A stretch of 64,000 bases of DNA from the NCBI GenBank assembly GCA_036012755.1, contig DASCPX010000027.1:224001-288000 (forward strand). Reading direction: 5' to 3'. The notes beneath the pieces were generated by a model. The model did not search any database and was not told where the DNA came from. It saw only the letters and a list, made by a program, of their open reading frames with translations. The DNA comes from Myxococcota bacterium (lineage in GTDB: Bacteria; Myxococcota_A; UBA796; CAJQPC01). Both the position numbers and the translations under genes were made by a program. Position 1 is the first letter of the stretch. Each line of letters opens with the position of its first letter. Positions 20,219 through 29,140 of the stretch are shown piece after piece.

Positions 20219-21061
20219 CTAGCTGAGGACGGGGCCCAGGAGCTCCAGGCCCTTCACCTTCCGGCCCTTCTCGGTCGCGATCCGGGCGGCCTCGACGAGG
20301 CTGCCGGCGACGACGATCGCGTCGTCACCCTTCTGGTAGACGCGGAAGGCAAGCCGGGGCGCGGAGCTGGGCGCGGCCTTCTTCGCGGCCTTCTTGGCAG
20401 CCTTCGGCGCAGCCTTCGGCGCAGCCTTCGCCTTCGTCACGCGCGGCGGTGCCGCGATGCCCATACGGAACCGGCGGTTGCGCACGGCGTTGTCGCTCAC
20501 GCCGGCCTTGGCGGCGATCTCGGCGTCTGCGACCTTGCCGAGCAGGCTGTCGAAGGGCTCGATCTTCGACTTGCGCCCGCGCTTCTTGGGGGCCGCCTTC
20601 GGCGCCTTCTTCGCGGCCTTGGACGCCTTCGCCTTCGGCGACGCCTTCTTCGCAGCCCTGGTCGGCTTGCCCGCGGCGGGCTTGGGGCCGCGACGCTTGG
20701 TCGGTGCGATCCCGAGTGACCGGCGGTATGCGGCGACCGTCTGGTTCGACACGCCAGCGAGGCTCGCGATCTCCATGTCCGCGACGTCTCCCAGCTGGTC
20801 CTTGAAGGGCTCGAGCTTGGCCACGGTCGACTTGCGGGGGCCGCGCTTGACGACCTCGGCCGCCTTGGCCTTCGCCTCTCTCTTCCGGCGACTGGTGCGT
20901 GGTCCGGGAGGTGCCGCCTTGCGCGTGATGCCGTTGCGCTTCAGCGCCGTGTTGATGGCGCCTGGCGTCGCCCCGAACATCTCCGCCAGCTCACGCAGTG
21001 AGTAGTCGTCCTTCTTCTTCAGGAGCTGGGGCCACCAGGGCTTGTCTTCGAGCTTGCGCAT
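20219..21061 (-). CDS. Lys/Ala-rich putative DNA-binding protein with three HTH-like units and histone-H1-like linkers
   Basis: Two clear repeats (EPF...LG.VAD.EIA..AGVS...V...R...GIA), an N-terminal SLRELAEMFG HTH-like unit, and AAKK/APKA tracts. Confidence 0.75.
   Translation of the reverse strand: MRKLEDKPWWPQLLKKKDDYSLRELAEMFGATPGAINTALKRNGITRKAAPPGPRTSRRKREAKAKAAEVVKRGPRKSTVAKLEPFKDQLGDVADMEIASLAGVSNQTVAAYRRSLGIAPTKRRGPKPAAGKPTRAAKKASPKAKASKAAKKAPKAAPKKRGRKSKIEPFDSLLGKVADAEIAAKAGVSDNAVRNRRFRMGIAAPPRVTKAKAAPKAAPKAAKKAAKKAAPSSAPRLAFRVYQKGDDAIVVAGSLVEAARIATEKGRKVKGLELLGPVLS
20397..20430. repeat. 12-bp tandem repeat (GCAGCCTTCGGC, about 2.8 copies) encoding the KAAP repeats
   Basis: Directly visible; in frame within the basic protein. 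Confidence 0.7.
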
Positions 21062-21176
21062 ACAGTTCTATCCTCGTACCTCAGAGGGTCACTCCACCCC
21101 TTGCCCTGTCGCTAACACAGACCCCAGAGGGCTACCATCGTGATTCTGTGTCAGAAGCCCGCGCGTTGACCTGGGC

Positions 21177-21938
21177 TTGGCTCACAGCTACGTTCCGGCG
21201 GTGCTCGCGCTCTGGACACTCCTGTCGACCGTCGCCTCCACGACTGCAGCGTCACCCCCGGAAAGTGCGGTCGCTCCTGGACAATCGCCGCTCGACGAGG
21301 CGCTGTCCAGCTACCTCGACGGGGACCTGCCAGCTGCCCGGGATGCCCTCGCGCGAATCGTCAACGATCCGGACGCGGACGCGGACGATCTCCTCGACGA
21401 GGCTCGGGTGTGGTTGGGCGAGGTGCAGTACTACCTTGGCGAAAAGGACGCCGCGCGCAGCACGTTTCGCGCAGTTCTCCTCTACGACCGAGGCTACCGG
21501 ATGGACCCCTTCGTGCATCCACCCGAGGTCGTCGCCTTCTTCGACTCGGTGCGGGCCGAGGTCGAAGCGAGTGGCCTGGGGCCGCGCACGCTCCCGAGCA
21601 CCGGCCCGCCCCTGCACGCCTTCCTCTGGCCCGGGGGGCTCCAGCTGCACAACGGCCGCGCAGGCGCAGCGGCGCTGACGGCCCTGACCGTGACCGGCTC
21701 GGCTGCGATGGTCGGTGGCATGCGCATCTACCTCGTCAACCAGGATCAGAATCCCAACAGCCCGGGCATCGACGTCCCGGCGGGCGATGTGGAGCGGCTG
21801 GAGGCGATCCGTGCCGCTCAGTTCGGAGTCGCCGCTGTCGGGACCACGCTGTGGCTCGGCACGACGGTCGGCGGGTCCGTGCGCGCCGTGCAGCCCACCG
21901 TCTACCCGGGTGGCTTGGGACTCAGCATCCACTGGTAG
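21177..21938 (+). CDS. Exported TPR-containing protein
   Basis: Signal-like N-terminus; TPR-like ALSSYLDGD..AARDAL and WLGEVQYYLGE..AARSTF; MDPF..PP.V..FF motif; hydrophobic C-terminal segments. Confidence 0.75.
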   Translation: MAHSYVPAVLALWTLLSTVASTTAASPPESAVAPGQSPLDEALSSYLDGDLPAARDALARIVNDPDADADDLLDEARVWLGEVQYYLGEKDAARSTFRAVLLYDRGYRMDPFVHPPEVVAFFDSVRAEVEASGLGPRTLPSTGPPLHAFLWPGGLQLHNGRAGAAALTALTVTGSAAMVGGMRIYLVNQDQNPNSPGIDVPAGDVERLEAIRAAQFGVAAVGTTLWLGTTVGGSVRAVQPTVYPGGLGLSIHW

Positions 21939-21956
21939 ACCGGTTACGTCCGGCCC

Positions 21957-23723
21957 GTGTACATCCGCTACATCGAGCCCGGGACCCGTCGCGCGGTGGA
22001 GATTGCGCTGAGGAAGCCCATCGTGTCCATCGGACGCGCCCCTGGCAACGACATCGTCCTTGCGGATCCCGCGATCAGCCCGACCCACGCCAACCTCCTG
22101 CGCAAGCCGCACCACGTGACTGTGTCGGTGGTCCACCGCGGCGCAGAGGTCTACGTCAACGGCCGTCGCGCTCGCAGCGCGGACCTCGCTGTGGGCGACA
22201 AGGTGCTGATCGGCCGCTACGAGCTGGAGCTCCTCGAGGGTGAGCCGGACACCGACGCAGAGGCTCCGGGCGCGAACCTCGACGGGATGGGGCGCCTCGT
22301 CACCTTCAGCAAGCAGCTCATGGAGGAGCAGTCACCAGACAAGCTCTTCAAGCTCCTCCTGAAGGCGGTCGTCGAGCTCAGCGAGGCAGAGAAGGGCTTC
22401 GTCATCTTCTTCAAGGACGGCGCGCGGCACCTGGCAGCCTCACACAACGTCGGCAAGGAGACTCTCGACCTCTCTCGCGTCAGCGACTCCATCATCGACC
22501 GCGTGGTCGAGAGCCGGAAGCCACTCATCGTCTCGGACGCCGTCGGCGACAGCCGCTTCGGCAAGGCCAAGAGCGTCGTGGATCTCAGGCTCTCCAGCGT
22601 GATGTGCGTCCCCCTGGCCTACCGCAACGACCTGCTCGGCGTGCTCTACCTGGGCAACGACTCCATCGCGAACCTCTTCGACGCCGATCAGCTCGAGCTC
22701 CTGCTCATCTTCGCCTCACAGGCATCGATGATCGTCCACCACGCGCTGATGCTCAACGAGCTCAAGGTCAGCAACAAGAACCTGCGCGACCAGCTCCGGT
22801 CTGCCTCCCAAGGGCAGATGATCGGAAGCTGCGCAGAGATGAAGGGGCTCTTCAAGGTCCTTCGTCGCGTCGCCCCGACCGACATCTCGGTGCTCATCCT
22901 CGGCGAGACGGGGACCGGGAAGGAGCTCGTGGCTCACGAGCTGCACAACTTGTCGTCCCGCAAGGCCGGACCATTCATCTCGATCAACTGCGGCGCGATC
23001 CCCGAGCACCTCCTGGAGAGCGAGCTCTTCGGTCACAAGAAGGGCTCCTTCACCGGCGCCATCAGCGACAAGATCGGCAAGTTCGGCGCCGCGAACGGCG
23101 GCACGCTCTTCCTCGACGAGATCGCGGAGATGCCGATGCCGCTCCAGGTGAAGCTCCTGCGGGTGCTCCAGGAGCGCAAGATCGAGCGCGTCGGCGAGTA
23201 CGAAGGACGCTCGATCGACATCCGCGTCGTCGCCGCCACGAACAAGGAGCTCGCAGACGAGATCCGCGAGGGCCGCTTCCGCGAGGATCTGTACTACCGC
23301 CTCAACGAGGTCGCCATCACGCTTCCGCCGCTGCGAGACCGGGGCGAGGACATCATCCAGATTGGCCAGTACTTCTTGAATCGCTTCGCCACCCAGTACG
23401 AGTCGAAGGTGCGCGGCTTCACCAACCAGTGCACGCTCGCGATGAAGGGCTACTTCTGGCCTGGAAACGTCAGGCAGGTGGAGAACCGCATCAAGAAGGC
23501 GGTCATCATGAGCGATCGGGCGCTGCTCCAGCCAGAGGATCTCGGGCTGGACAAGAAGGACAAGCGCCACGTGAAGCCGCTCGCCCGGGCGGAAGAGGAC
23601 TTCAAGATCACCTACATCAGAGAGGTGCTGGAGCTCAACAACTGGAACAAGGCCCAGACCGCGCGGGACCTCGAGGTCGATGCGCGCACCGTGTTCCGGT
23701 ACATCGAGAAGATGGACGAATAG
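21957..23723 (+). CDS. Sigma54-dependent enhancer-binding protein, FHA-GAF-AAA+-HTH
   Basis: FHA IGR..GNDI.L.D..IS..HA; GAF SVMCVPL..LGVLY; GETGTGKE, ESELFGH.KGSFTGA, LFLDEI, RFREDLYYRL, WPGNVR; Fis-type HTH. Confidence 0.95.
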   Translation: MYIRYIEPGTRRAVEIALRKPIVSIGRAPGNDIVLADPAISPTHANLLRKPHHVTVSVVHRGAEVYVNGRRARSADLAVGDKVLIGRYELELLEGEPDTDAEAPGANLDGMGRLVTFSKQLMEEQSPDKLFKLLLKAVVELSEAEKGFVIFFKDGARHLAASHNVGKETLDLSRVSDSIIDRVVESRKPLIVSDAVGDSRFGKAKSVVDLRLSSVMCVPLAYRNDLLGVLYLGNDSIANLFDADQLELLLIFASQASMIVHHALMLNELKVSNKNLRDQLRSASQGQMIGSCAEMKGLFKVLRRVAPTDISVLILGETGTGKELVAHELHNLSSRKAGPFISINCGAIPEHLLESELFGHKKGSFTGAISDKIGKFGAANGGTLFLDEIAEMPMPLQVKLLRVLQERKIERVGEYEGRSIDIRVVAATNKELADEIREGRFREDLYYRLNEVAITLPPLRDRGEDIIQIGQYFLNRFATQYESKVRGFTNQCTLAMKGYFWPGNVRQVENRIKKAVIMSDRALLQPEDLGLDKKDKRHVKPLARAEEDFKITYIREVLELNNWNKAQTARDLEVDARTVFRYIEKMDE

Positions 23724-23758
23724 GGCCCGACCCGCCCTTCGTGCTTCAATCCCAGACC

Positions 23759-24355
23759 ATGAAGACCATCGGCCTCACAGGCGGGATCGCCACCGGCAAG
23801 TCCACCGTCGCGCGAATCCTGCGCGAGGACCTCAACCTCCCGGTCATCGACGCCGACGCCGTCTCCCGGGACGTCACGGCGAGAGGCACGCCGGGGCTGG
23901 CCTGGATCGTCGAGTCCTTCGGCTCCGACGTGCTCGACGACGACGGTAGCCTCGACCGGCTGGCGCTTCGGAACATCGTCCAGGCGGACCGGAACCGGCG
24001 CAAGACGCTGGAGGCGATCACACACCCGCTGATCTCGCAGGAGATCGAGGACCGGCTCACCGCGCTGGAGAACACCGGAGCTGCAGTGGCCGTCGTCGAA
24101 GCGGCGCTGATGGTGGAGACCGGGAGCCACCAGCGCTACGACCACCTCATCGTCGTACTGGCGGATCCCGAGACCCAGCTCTCGCGGCTCATGGAGCGCA
24201 GCGGGCTGAGCGATGCGGACGCGCGCCAGTGGGTCGCCAACCAGATGTCCCCTTCCGAGAAGGCCGCGCTCGCCACCGTCGTCGTGCACAACGACGGTAC
24301 GGTGGATGAGCTACGGCGCGCCGTGCTCGACGCCTGGGGGCAGATCGAGTTCTGA
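23759..24355 (+). CDS. coaE: Dephospho-CoA kinase
   Basis: MKTIGLTGGIATGKSTV, VIDAD, LDRLAL, LEAITHPLI. ATG at 23759. Confidence 0.95.
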   Translation: MKTIGLTGGIATGKSTVARILREDLNLPVIDADAVSRDVTARGTPGLAWIVESFGSDVLDDDGSLDRLALRNIVQADRNRRKTLEAITHPLISQEIEDRLTALENTGAAVAVVEAALMVETGSHQRYDHLIVVLADPETQLSRLMERSGLSDADARQWVANQMSPSEKAALATVVVHNDGTVDELRRAVLDAWGQIEF

Positions 24356-25852
24356 GCGAGCGGCGTTTGCGCAGAATGGACCGTCGTCGGGGCTGAGTTC
24401 GCAGGCCCGCCGGAAGTGCTCGGTCCGAACTCCAGGGTTCTCGGCATGGATGCCCGCGGAGTTGTGGAGGTTCGGGTCCTCCGGCGAGTGCACCAGCGCC
24501 CACTCGCAGTACTCGGTGCCCTGCCCTGCCGGGCTCGCGACGCAGGCCACAGCGGTCGCCCAGCGGGCATCCACCTCTGGCGCGGCGGCGAGGATTGCGT
24601 TGTCTCGGGCCAGGTCGTCCCTGCCTTGCAGCATCCAGGCGCGGGACCGCACCTCGTGCATGCTCCGCCTCTCGTGGGGATCATCGACGAATTGCGCGCC
24701 AGCCAGGAGCTCCAGGCTCCGAGCGGGGTCCTCTTCCACGATCGTCCGGGCCAACCGCAGGCGAATGACCTGGTCGTCCGGAAGTCGTTCGTGGGAGGCC
24801 TCCCACAGGGCGCGCTCGTCGTGCCACTGGCCGACCTGGACCTGCCCCAGGAGCAAGAAAGGCAGGACAGCGAGCCCGATCCACCGCGGGGCCCGCGCCA
24901 CGATCATGACGAAGCCCGCGACGGCCAGGACGAGGAGTCCGTCGCCGTAGCGGGGATGTGCCTGCAGGACCCCACTCGCCGGCAGGACGCAGGCCGCGAT
25001 CAGCACCGCTCCTCCGGCCTGGAGCCCGCGCAGCTTCCACGCCGCCAACGCCCCAAGAGCGACGATCGGCAGCCAGCCCAGCGGGCCGAGGAAGTCCACC
25101 TCGAAAGCAGGCGCGAGCGGAACGGGGAGCACCGGTCGCGAGAGCAGGAACAGGGCGCGCCCGCCAGCCTCGAAGGCGCCACTCGCGCTGGCGTCGCTGT
25201 CGACGTCGACGACGACAGCCCGGAGCACCACATATGCCAGGGCCGCGACGAGCATCCACAGCCAGCGCCGATCGCGGCGGTCGATGGCCAGGGCCACGAG
25301 CGGGAGGAAGACCGCCGGTTCCTTGCTGCAACAGGCAAGGAAGGTCAGGACGCAGGCTGCCCAGCTGCTCCGAGAGGACAGCGCCCAGAACGCGAGGGCG
25401 GCACAGTAGAGATCGGTGCGGCTGGCGATGTTGGCGGTGGGCTCGACGAGCAGCGGGTGGGCCACGAACAAGGCCGTGCCGAGGGCCGCGGGGAGGAGCT
25501 CGACGTGCTGGCGGAGCAACACGAACAGGGCCAGGCCCGCTGCGACCAGCGCGACGAGGTTGTCCAGGTGGAAGGCCCAGGCTGCGCCGCCACCGATCGC
25601 ATGGTCCACGTAGTAGGAGAGCGAGACCAGCGGCCGCCAGTAGGGCGAGGCACGGACCGGGACCAGGTGGAACAGGTCGTGGGTCAGCGCCGTCGGGAGC
25701 GTGCCCCAGTCCGCCAGCGCCGCGTTGCCTTCTACGAGCACGCGGTCGTCATAGACGAACTCGTAGCCGAGGACGCGCCCGAAGAGCGCAGCGACCGCCA
25801 GCGCCAGGACCAGCGCGGCGACGAGCCGCTCAGTAGATGAGGATCGACTCAA
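24311..25852 (-). CDS. TMTC-like (GT-C) membrane protein, putative protein O-mannosyltransferase
   Basis: FVYDD, YWRPL..LSY, FH..NL..L, LF..HP...E..A.I..R.D, SKE motifs, followed by a degenerate TPR region. Confidence 0.75.
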   Translation of the reverse strand: MSRSSSTERLVAALVLALAVAALFGRVLGYEFVYDDRVLVEGNAALADWGTLPTALTHDLFHLVPVRASPYWRPLVSLSYYVDHAIGGGAAWAFHLDNLVALVAAGLALFVLLRQHVELLPAALGTALFVAHPLLVEPTANIASRTDLYCAALAFWALSSRSSWAACVLTFLACCSKEPAVFLPLVALAIDRRDRRWLWMLVAALAYVVLRAVVVDVDSDASASGAFEAGGRALFLLSRPVLPVPLAPAFEVDFLGPLGWLPIVALGALAAWKLRGLQAGGAVLIAACVLPASGVLQAHPRYGDGLLVLAVAGFVMIVARAPRWIGLAVLPFLLLGQVQVGQWHDERALWEASHERLPDDQVIRLRLARTIVEEDPARSLELLAGAQFVDDPHERRSMHEVRSRAWMLQGRDDLARDNAILAAAPEVDARWATAVACVASPAGQGTEYCEWALVHSPEDPNLHNSAGIHAENPGVRTEHFRRACELSPDDGPFCANAARSELDLPPGVEHGAP

Positions 25853-26357
25853 CCGGCGTGTCGCCCAGGGCCTTGCGTCCGTCGAGGAAGCCCAGCTCGA
25901 TCACGAAGGCGTAGCCCGCTACGACGCCGCCGAGCTGCTCGACGAGCTTGCCCGTTGCGTTCGCGGTGCCGCCTGTGGCCAGCAGGTCATCGACCACGAG
26001 CACCCGCTGCCCCTCCTTCACGGCGTCGACGTGCATCTCGAGCCGTGCCGTGCCGTACTCCAGGGCGTATTCGCAGCCGATGGACTCATAGGGCAGCTTT
26101 CCGGGCTTCCGAGCCGGCACGAAGGGCAGCCCCATCGCGATGGCGAGCGGTGCACCAAAGAGGAAGCCCCGGGACTCCATGCCGACGATGGCATCGATCC
26201 GACCGCCGGCGAAGCGCTCTCCGAAGTGAGCTACGACCCGCTCGAAGAGCTCCGGGTCGTGGAGGATCGGCGTGATGTCCTTGAAGATGATCCCCGGCTT
26301 GGGGAAGTCGGGGATGTCGCGAATCGTGGCTGTGAGATCGGTGACGAGGTCTGCCAT
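25830..26357 (-). CDS. apt: Adenine phosphoribosyltransferase
   Basis: IRDIPDFPKPGI.FKDITP, ESRGF, RKPGKLP, YALEYG, VVDDLLATGGT. Confidence 0.97.
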   Translation of the reverse strand: MADLVTDLTATIRDIPDFPKPGIIFKDITPILHDPELFERVVAHFGERFAGGRIDAIVGMESRGFLFGAPLAIAMGLPFVPARKPGKLPYESIGCEYALEYGTARLEMHVDAVKEGQRVLVVDDLLATGGTANATGKLVEQLGGVVAGYAFVIELGFLDGRKALGDTPVESILIY

Positions 26358-26421
26358 GCAGGGCTCCCTGTGCGAGCGGAAGTCTAACGGACTGTCCGCA
26401 GCCCCGAGGTTATCGGGGGCC

Positions 26422-27066
26422 ATGAGCCAGCACAGCCTGAGCCAGGAGCTCCAGTCCTTCCGCGACAGCCTCGGCGGCGAGGACAGCACGATGGGTGCCC
26501 TGGTGGACACCGTGGGTGATCGGGGCTTCGGCCTCCTCCTGCTGATCCTGGCCCTGCCGGCGGCGCTCCCCCTCCCTGCCCCGGGCTACGCGACGCCCTT
26601 CGGCATCCTGATGATCGGCCTCGGCTGGCAGATGTTGCGGGGCCGCCAGAGTCCGTGGTTTCCGGACAAGGTCAGGCAGCGCCGACTGTCCTATTCGCTG
26701 CTGGACTTCTCGGTCCGCAACGGGCGCCTGCCCCTGCGTTTCGTCGAGCTCGTCGTGCGTCCCAGGCTGTCGGCCATGGCGCGGAACGTCACCTTCCTGC
26801 GCATCGTCGCCCTGACGATCATCCTGATGGCGTGCTCGATGTCGCTGCCCATCCCGCTGACCAACACGGCGCCGAGCTTCGTCATCTTCGTCCTCGCCGC
26901 CGGCATCATCGAGGAGGACGGGCTGCTGCTGGTGGCCGGCATGCTGCTGGCTCCGGTGGCCGCCGCCATCGCGGGCCTGGCCCTCTACACGGCCATCACC
27001 ATGGGGCCCGAGGCGGTCGAGGAGACGGTGAAGCCGATGGTGAAGGGCTGGCTCGGGCTCACCTGA
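26422..27066 (+). CDS. exoD: ExoD-family exopolysaccharide biosynthesis membrane protein
   Basis: GDRGFGLLLLILALP..LP.P..G, LPIPLTNTAP, EEDG. ATG at 26422. Confidence 0.88.
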   Translation: MSQHSLSQELQSFRDSLGGEDSTMGALVDTVGDRGFGLLLLILALPAALPLPAPGYATPFGILMIGLGWQMLRGRQSPWFPDKVRQRRLSYSLLDFSVRNGRLPLRFVELVVRPRLSAMARNVTFLRIVALTIILMACSMSLPIPLTNTAPSFVIFVLAAGIIEEDGLLLVAGMLLAPVAAAIAGLALYTAITMGPEAVEETVKPMVKGWLGLT

Positions 27067-27811
27067 GCCAGGCGAGGTCTGCGAGGGCCCCTGAGTGAGT
27101 CAGGTCCGCGCTCAGCGGCGTGACGGTCGCGTAGCCCTGCTGGCAGAGCGGTCCGTCGCTCCCCTGGATGGGAGCAAAGCTGCTGTGTGTGCCCCCGATC
27201 CAATAGTAGGGCCTCCCGCGTGGGTCCTCACGCGCATCGACGAGGGGCTCGTACTCACGGATGCCCAGCCGCGCTGGCACGATGCCTCGGAGGTCGTCCC
27301 ATGCCCGATCGGGCACGTTCACGTTGAGCACCGTCCGGGGCTCGCTGCCGTGGGCCAGCACACCCTCGACGACCTGCTTTGCCACGACGGCGGCGGTGTC
27401 GAAGTGGAGCAGGTCCTTCGGGGTGCCGGGTTGGAAGTACAGGGAGATCGCCAGGCTGGGCAGGCCGAGCAGCGCGCCCTCCATCGCCGCTGCCACCGTG
27501 CCGCTGTAGAGCACGTCATTGCCGAGGTTGGCGCCACGGTTGATACCGGAGACCACCACGTCCGGGGGCTGCGGCATCAGGTGGTGGATCCCGAGGTACA
27601 CGGAGTCGGCGGGAGTCCCGGAGACAGAGAACCACCGCGGGCGCTGCTCGGTAGCCCTCAGGGGCTTGTGCATCGTCAGCGCGTGCGATCGCGCGGACTG
27701 CTCGCGCTCCGGAGCGACCACCCAGACCTCGCCCAGCTCCGAGAGGACCTCTGCGAGGGGTGGGAGGCCGCGAGCGTAGAAGCCATCATCGTTTGCGAGG
27801 AGTATCCGCAT
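27059..27811 (-). CDS. surE: 5'/3'-nucleotidase SurE
   Basis: MRILLANDDG, GTPAD, SGINRGANLG.DVLYSGTVAAA, NVNVP. Confidence 0.97.
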   Translation of the reverse strand: MRILLANDDGFYARGLPPLAEVLSELGEVWVVAPEREQSARSHALTMHKPLRATEQRPRWFSVSGTPADSVYLGIHHLMPQPPDVVVSGINRGANLGNDVLYSGTVAAAMEGALLGLPSLAISLYFQPGTPKDLLHFDTAAVVAKQVVEGVLAHGSEPRTVLNVNVPDRAWDDLRGIVPARLGIREYEPLVDAREDPRGRPYYWIGGTHSSFAPIQGSDGPLCQQGYATVTPLSADLTHSGALADLAWLR

Positions 27812-27889
27812 GCCCTGGCGGACTAGCACGGGATCCGGCGTGGCGCTCGCGCCCTCTTCTGGGTAGGAAAGTCGCGGGAGCGGACCACT

Positions 27890-28270
27890 ATGCGTCCCTA
27901 CATTGCGGACCTGTTCCGTCGCATGCGAGACCCGGATCCACGCGAGCAGGATGCGGCCTTCGACGCCGTCCTCTTCGAGCGGGAGAGAGCGGTCCCCGAT
28001 CTCGTCGCTGCCTACGTGCAGTTCGAGCAGGACACGCTCCTGCGCTTCTTTGCCGTGCAGCTCCTTGGCTTCTCCGGGTCTCCGGACGCCGTCGCGCTGC
28101 TCGTCACGGCGCTGGACGACGTGGACCCGATCATCCGGGCAGAGGCCTGCCGCTCGCTCGAGGACCTCCGCGCCACAGACGCCATCGCCGTTCTCCGTGC
28201 TCGGCTCCAGGACGTCGACGCCAACGTGCGTGAGGCCGCCCGGGAGGCGCTGTCGGCCCTGGGGCGCTAG
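27890..28270 (+). CDS. HEAT-repeat protein
   Basis: AL.D.DP.IR.EA..SL and L.D.D..VR.AA..AL repeats. Confidence 0.85.
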   Translation: MRPYIADLFRRMRDPDPREQDAAFDAVLFERERAVPDLVAAYVQFEQDTLLRFFAVQLLGFSGSPDAVALLVTALDDVDPIIRAEACRSLEDLRATDAIAVLRARLQDVDANVREAAREALSALGR

Positions 28271-28284
28271 CGCTGCTGGCCTGC

Positions 28285-29013
28285 GTGGAGCGTGGAGACA
28301 CCTCCCATTTCGTAGCCGCCGCAGAGGCCACTGATCTGACGACTGCGGCCGCTGCTTGCGGGCGTATCGACGAGGACAGCCTCAGGGGGGAGTGCGCGAG
28401 CCACGTCGTCCGGGAGCTGGGCTCCGAGGACATCGAGGCCGCAGCCGAAGCCTGCGAGGTCGCCTCCGGGGCGTGGCGGGACGAGTGCCTCTTCGTCCTC
28501 GCCGAGATCGACCCGAGCCCCGCCGCGGACTCAGCCCGCTGGTGCCGCCAGGCCGGGCGCTACACCATCAGCTGTCTCATGCACCTCTGGCAGGGCGAGG
28601 CCGCAAGCCTCAAGCGAGAACACCCGATGGAGGAGGCGGTCCAGCGCTACGCAGAGGCCCTGGCGTGGGCTGGAGAGGACCTCGACGACACCCTCACCCG
28701 CCGGGCCTGGGGGCTGTTCTACCGGACCGAGCTCGACCCGGCGCGCCCCCTCGACACCTCCTCGTGCGCGGCGTTGCCCGAGCCTCACCCGCGCTACTGC
28801 CGAGCCGGGACGCAGGAGGCGCTGGGCCGTGGGCTCAACGTCTGGGTTCGGGCCAACGGCCCGGCGGCGCTCATGCAGGCGTGCGGGCTCCCCGACGACG
28901 TCTCGCGCGCCGAGGCCATCGGCCGCATCACCGGCCTCACCTACGAGCCCGCGGGGGGCCTCGACGCCATCGCCTCCGAGCAGCTGGCAAGCCACTGTGA
29001 AAGAGGACCCTAA
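28285..29013 (+). CDS. Hypothetical Cys-pair repeat helical protein (possibly a lipoprotein; start uncertain)
   Basis: Repeated C-x9-11-C pairs. In-frame ALALLAC lies just upstream of the GTG. Confidence 0.65.
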   Translation: MERGDTSHFVAAAEATDLTTAAAACGRIDEDSLRGECASHVVRELGSEDIEAAAEACEVASGAWRDECLFVLAEIDPSPAADSARWCRQAGRYTISCLMHLWQGEAASLKREHPMEEAVQRYAEALAWAGEDLDDTLTRRAWGLFYRTELDPARPLDTSSCAALPEPHPRYCRAGTQEALGRGLNVWVRANGPAALMQACGLPDDVSRAEAIGRITGLTYEPAGGLDAIASEQLASHCERGP

Positions 29014-29140
29014 GTGATCCGAGGGGTACGGCATTGGGCCGGACCGAGGAGGTCACTCCGAGGAGGCTCGAACCTGGCGCGCTGACGCCGGCCAGAGACG
29101 CTCACCGGAGGGATGATGAACACGAGCTGATGGAGAGCCC

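Noticed and set aside
22604..23758. Long N-terminal extension of the coaE ORF (likewise meaB from 3971, manC from 58205, amidotransferase from 1612)
   Set aside because: These overlap genuine genes in another frame or strand. Family similarity starts at the reassigned starts.
29014..29140. Sigma28 or sigma54 promoter for the flagellin gene
   Set aside because: No convincing TAAA-N15-GCCGATAA or TGGCAC-N5-TTGC match by eye.
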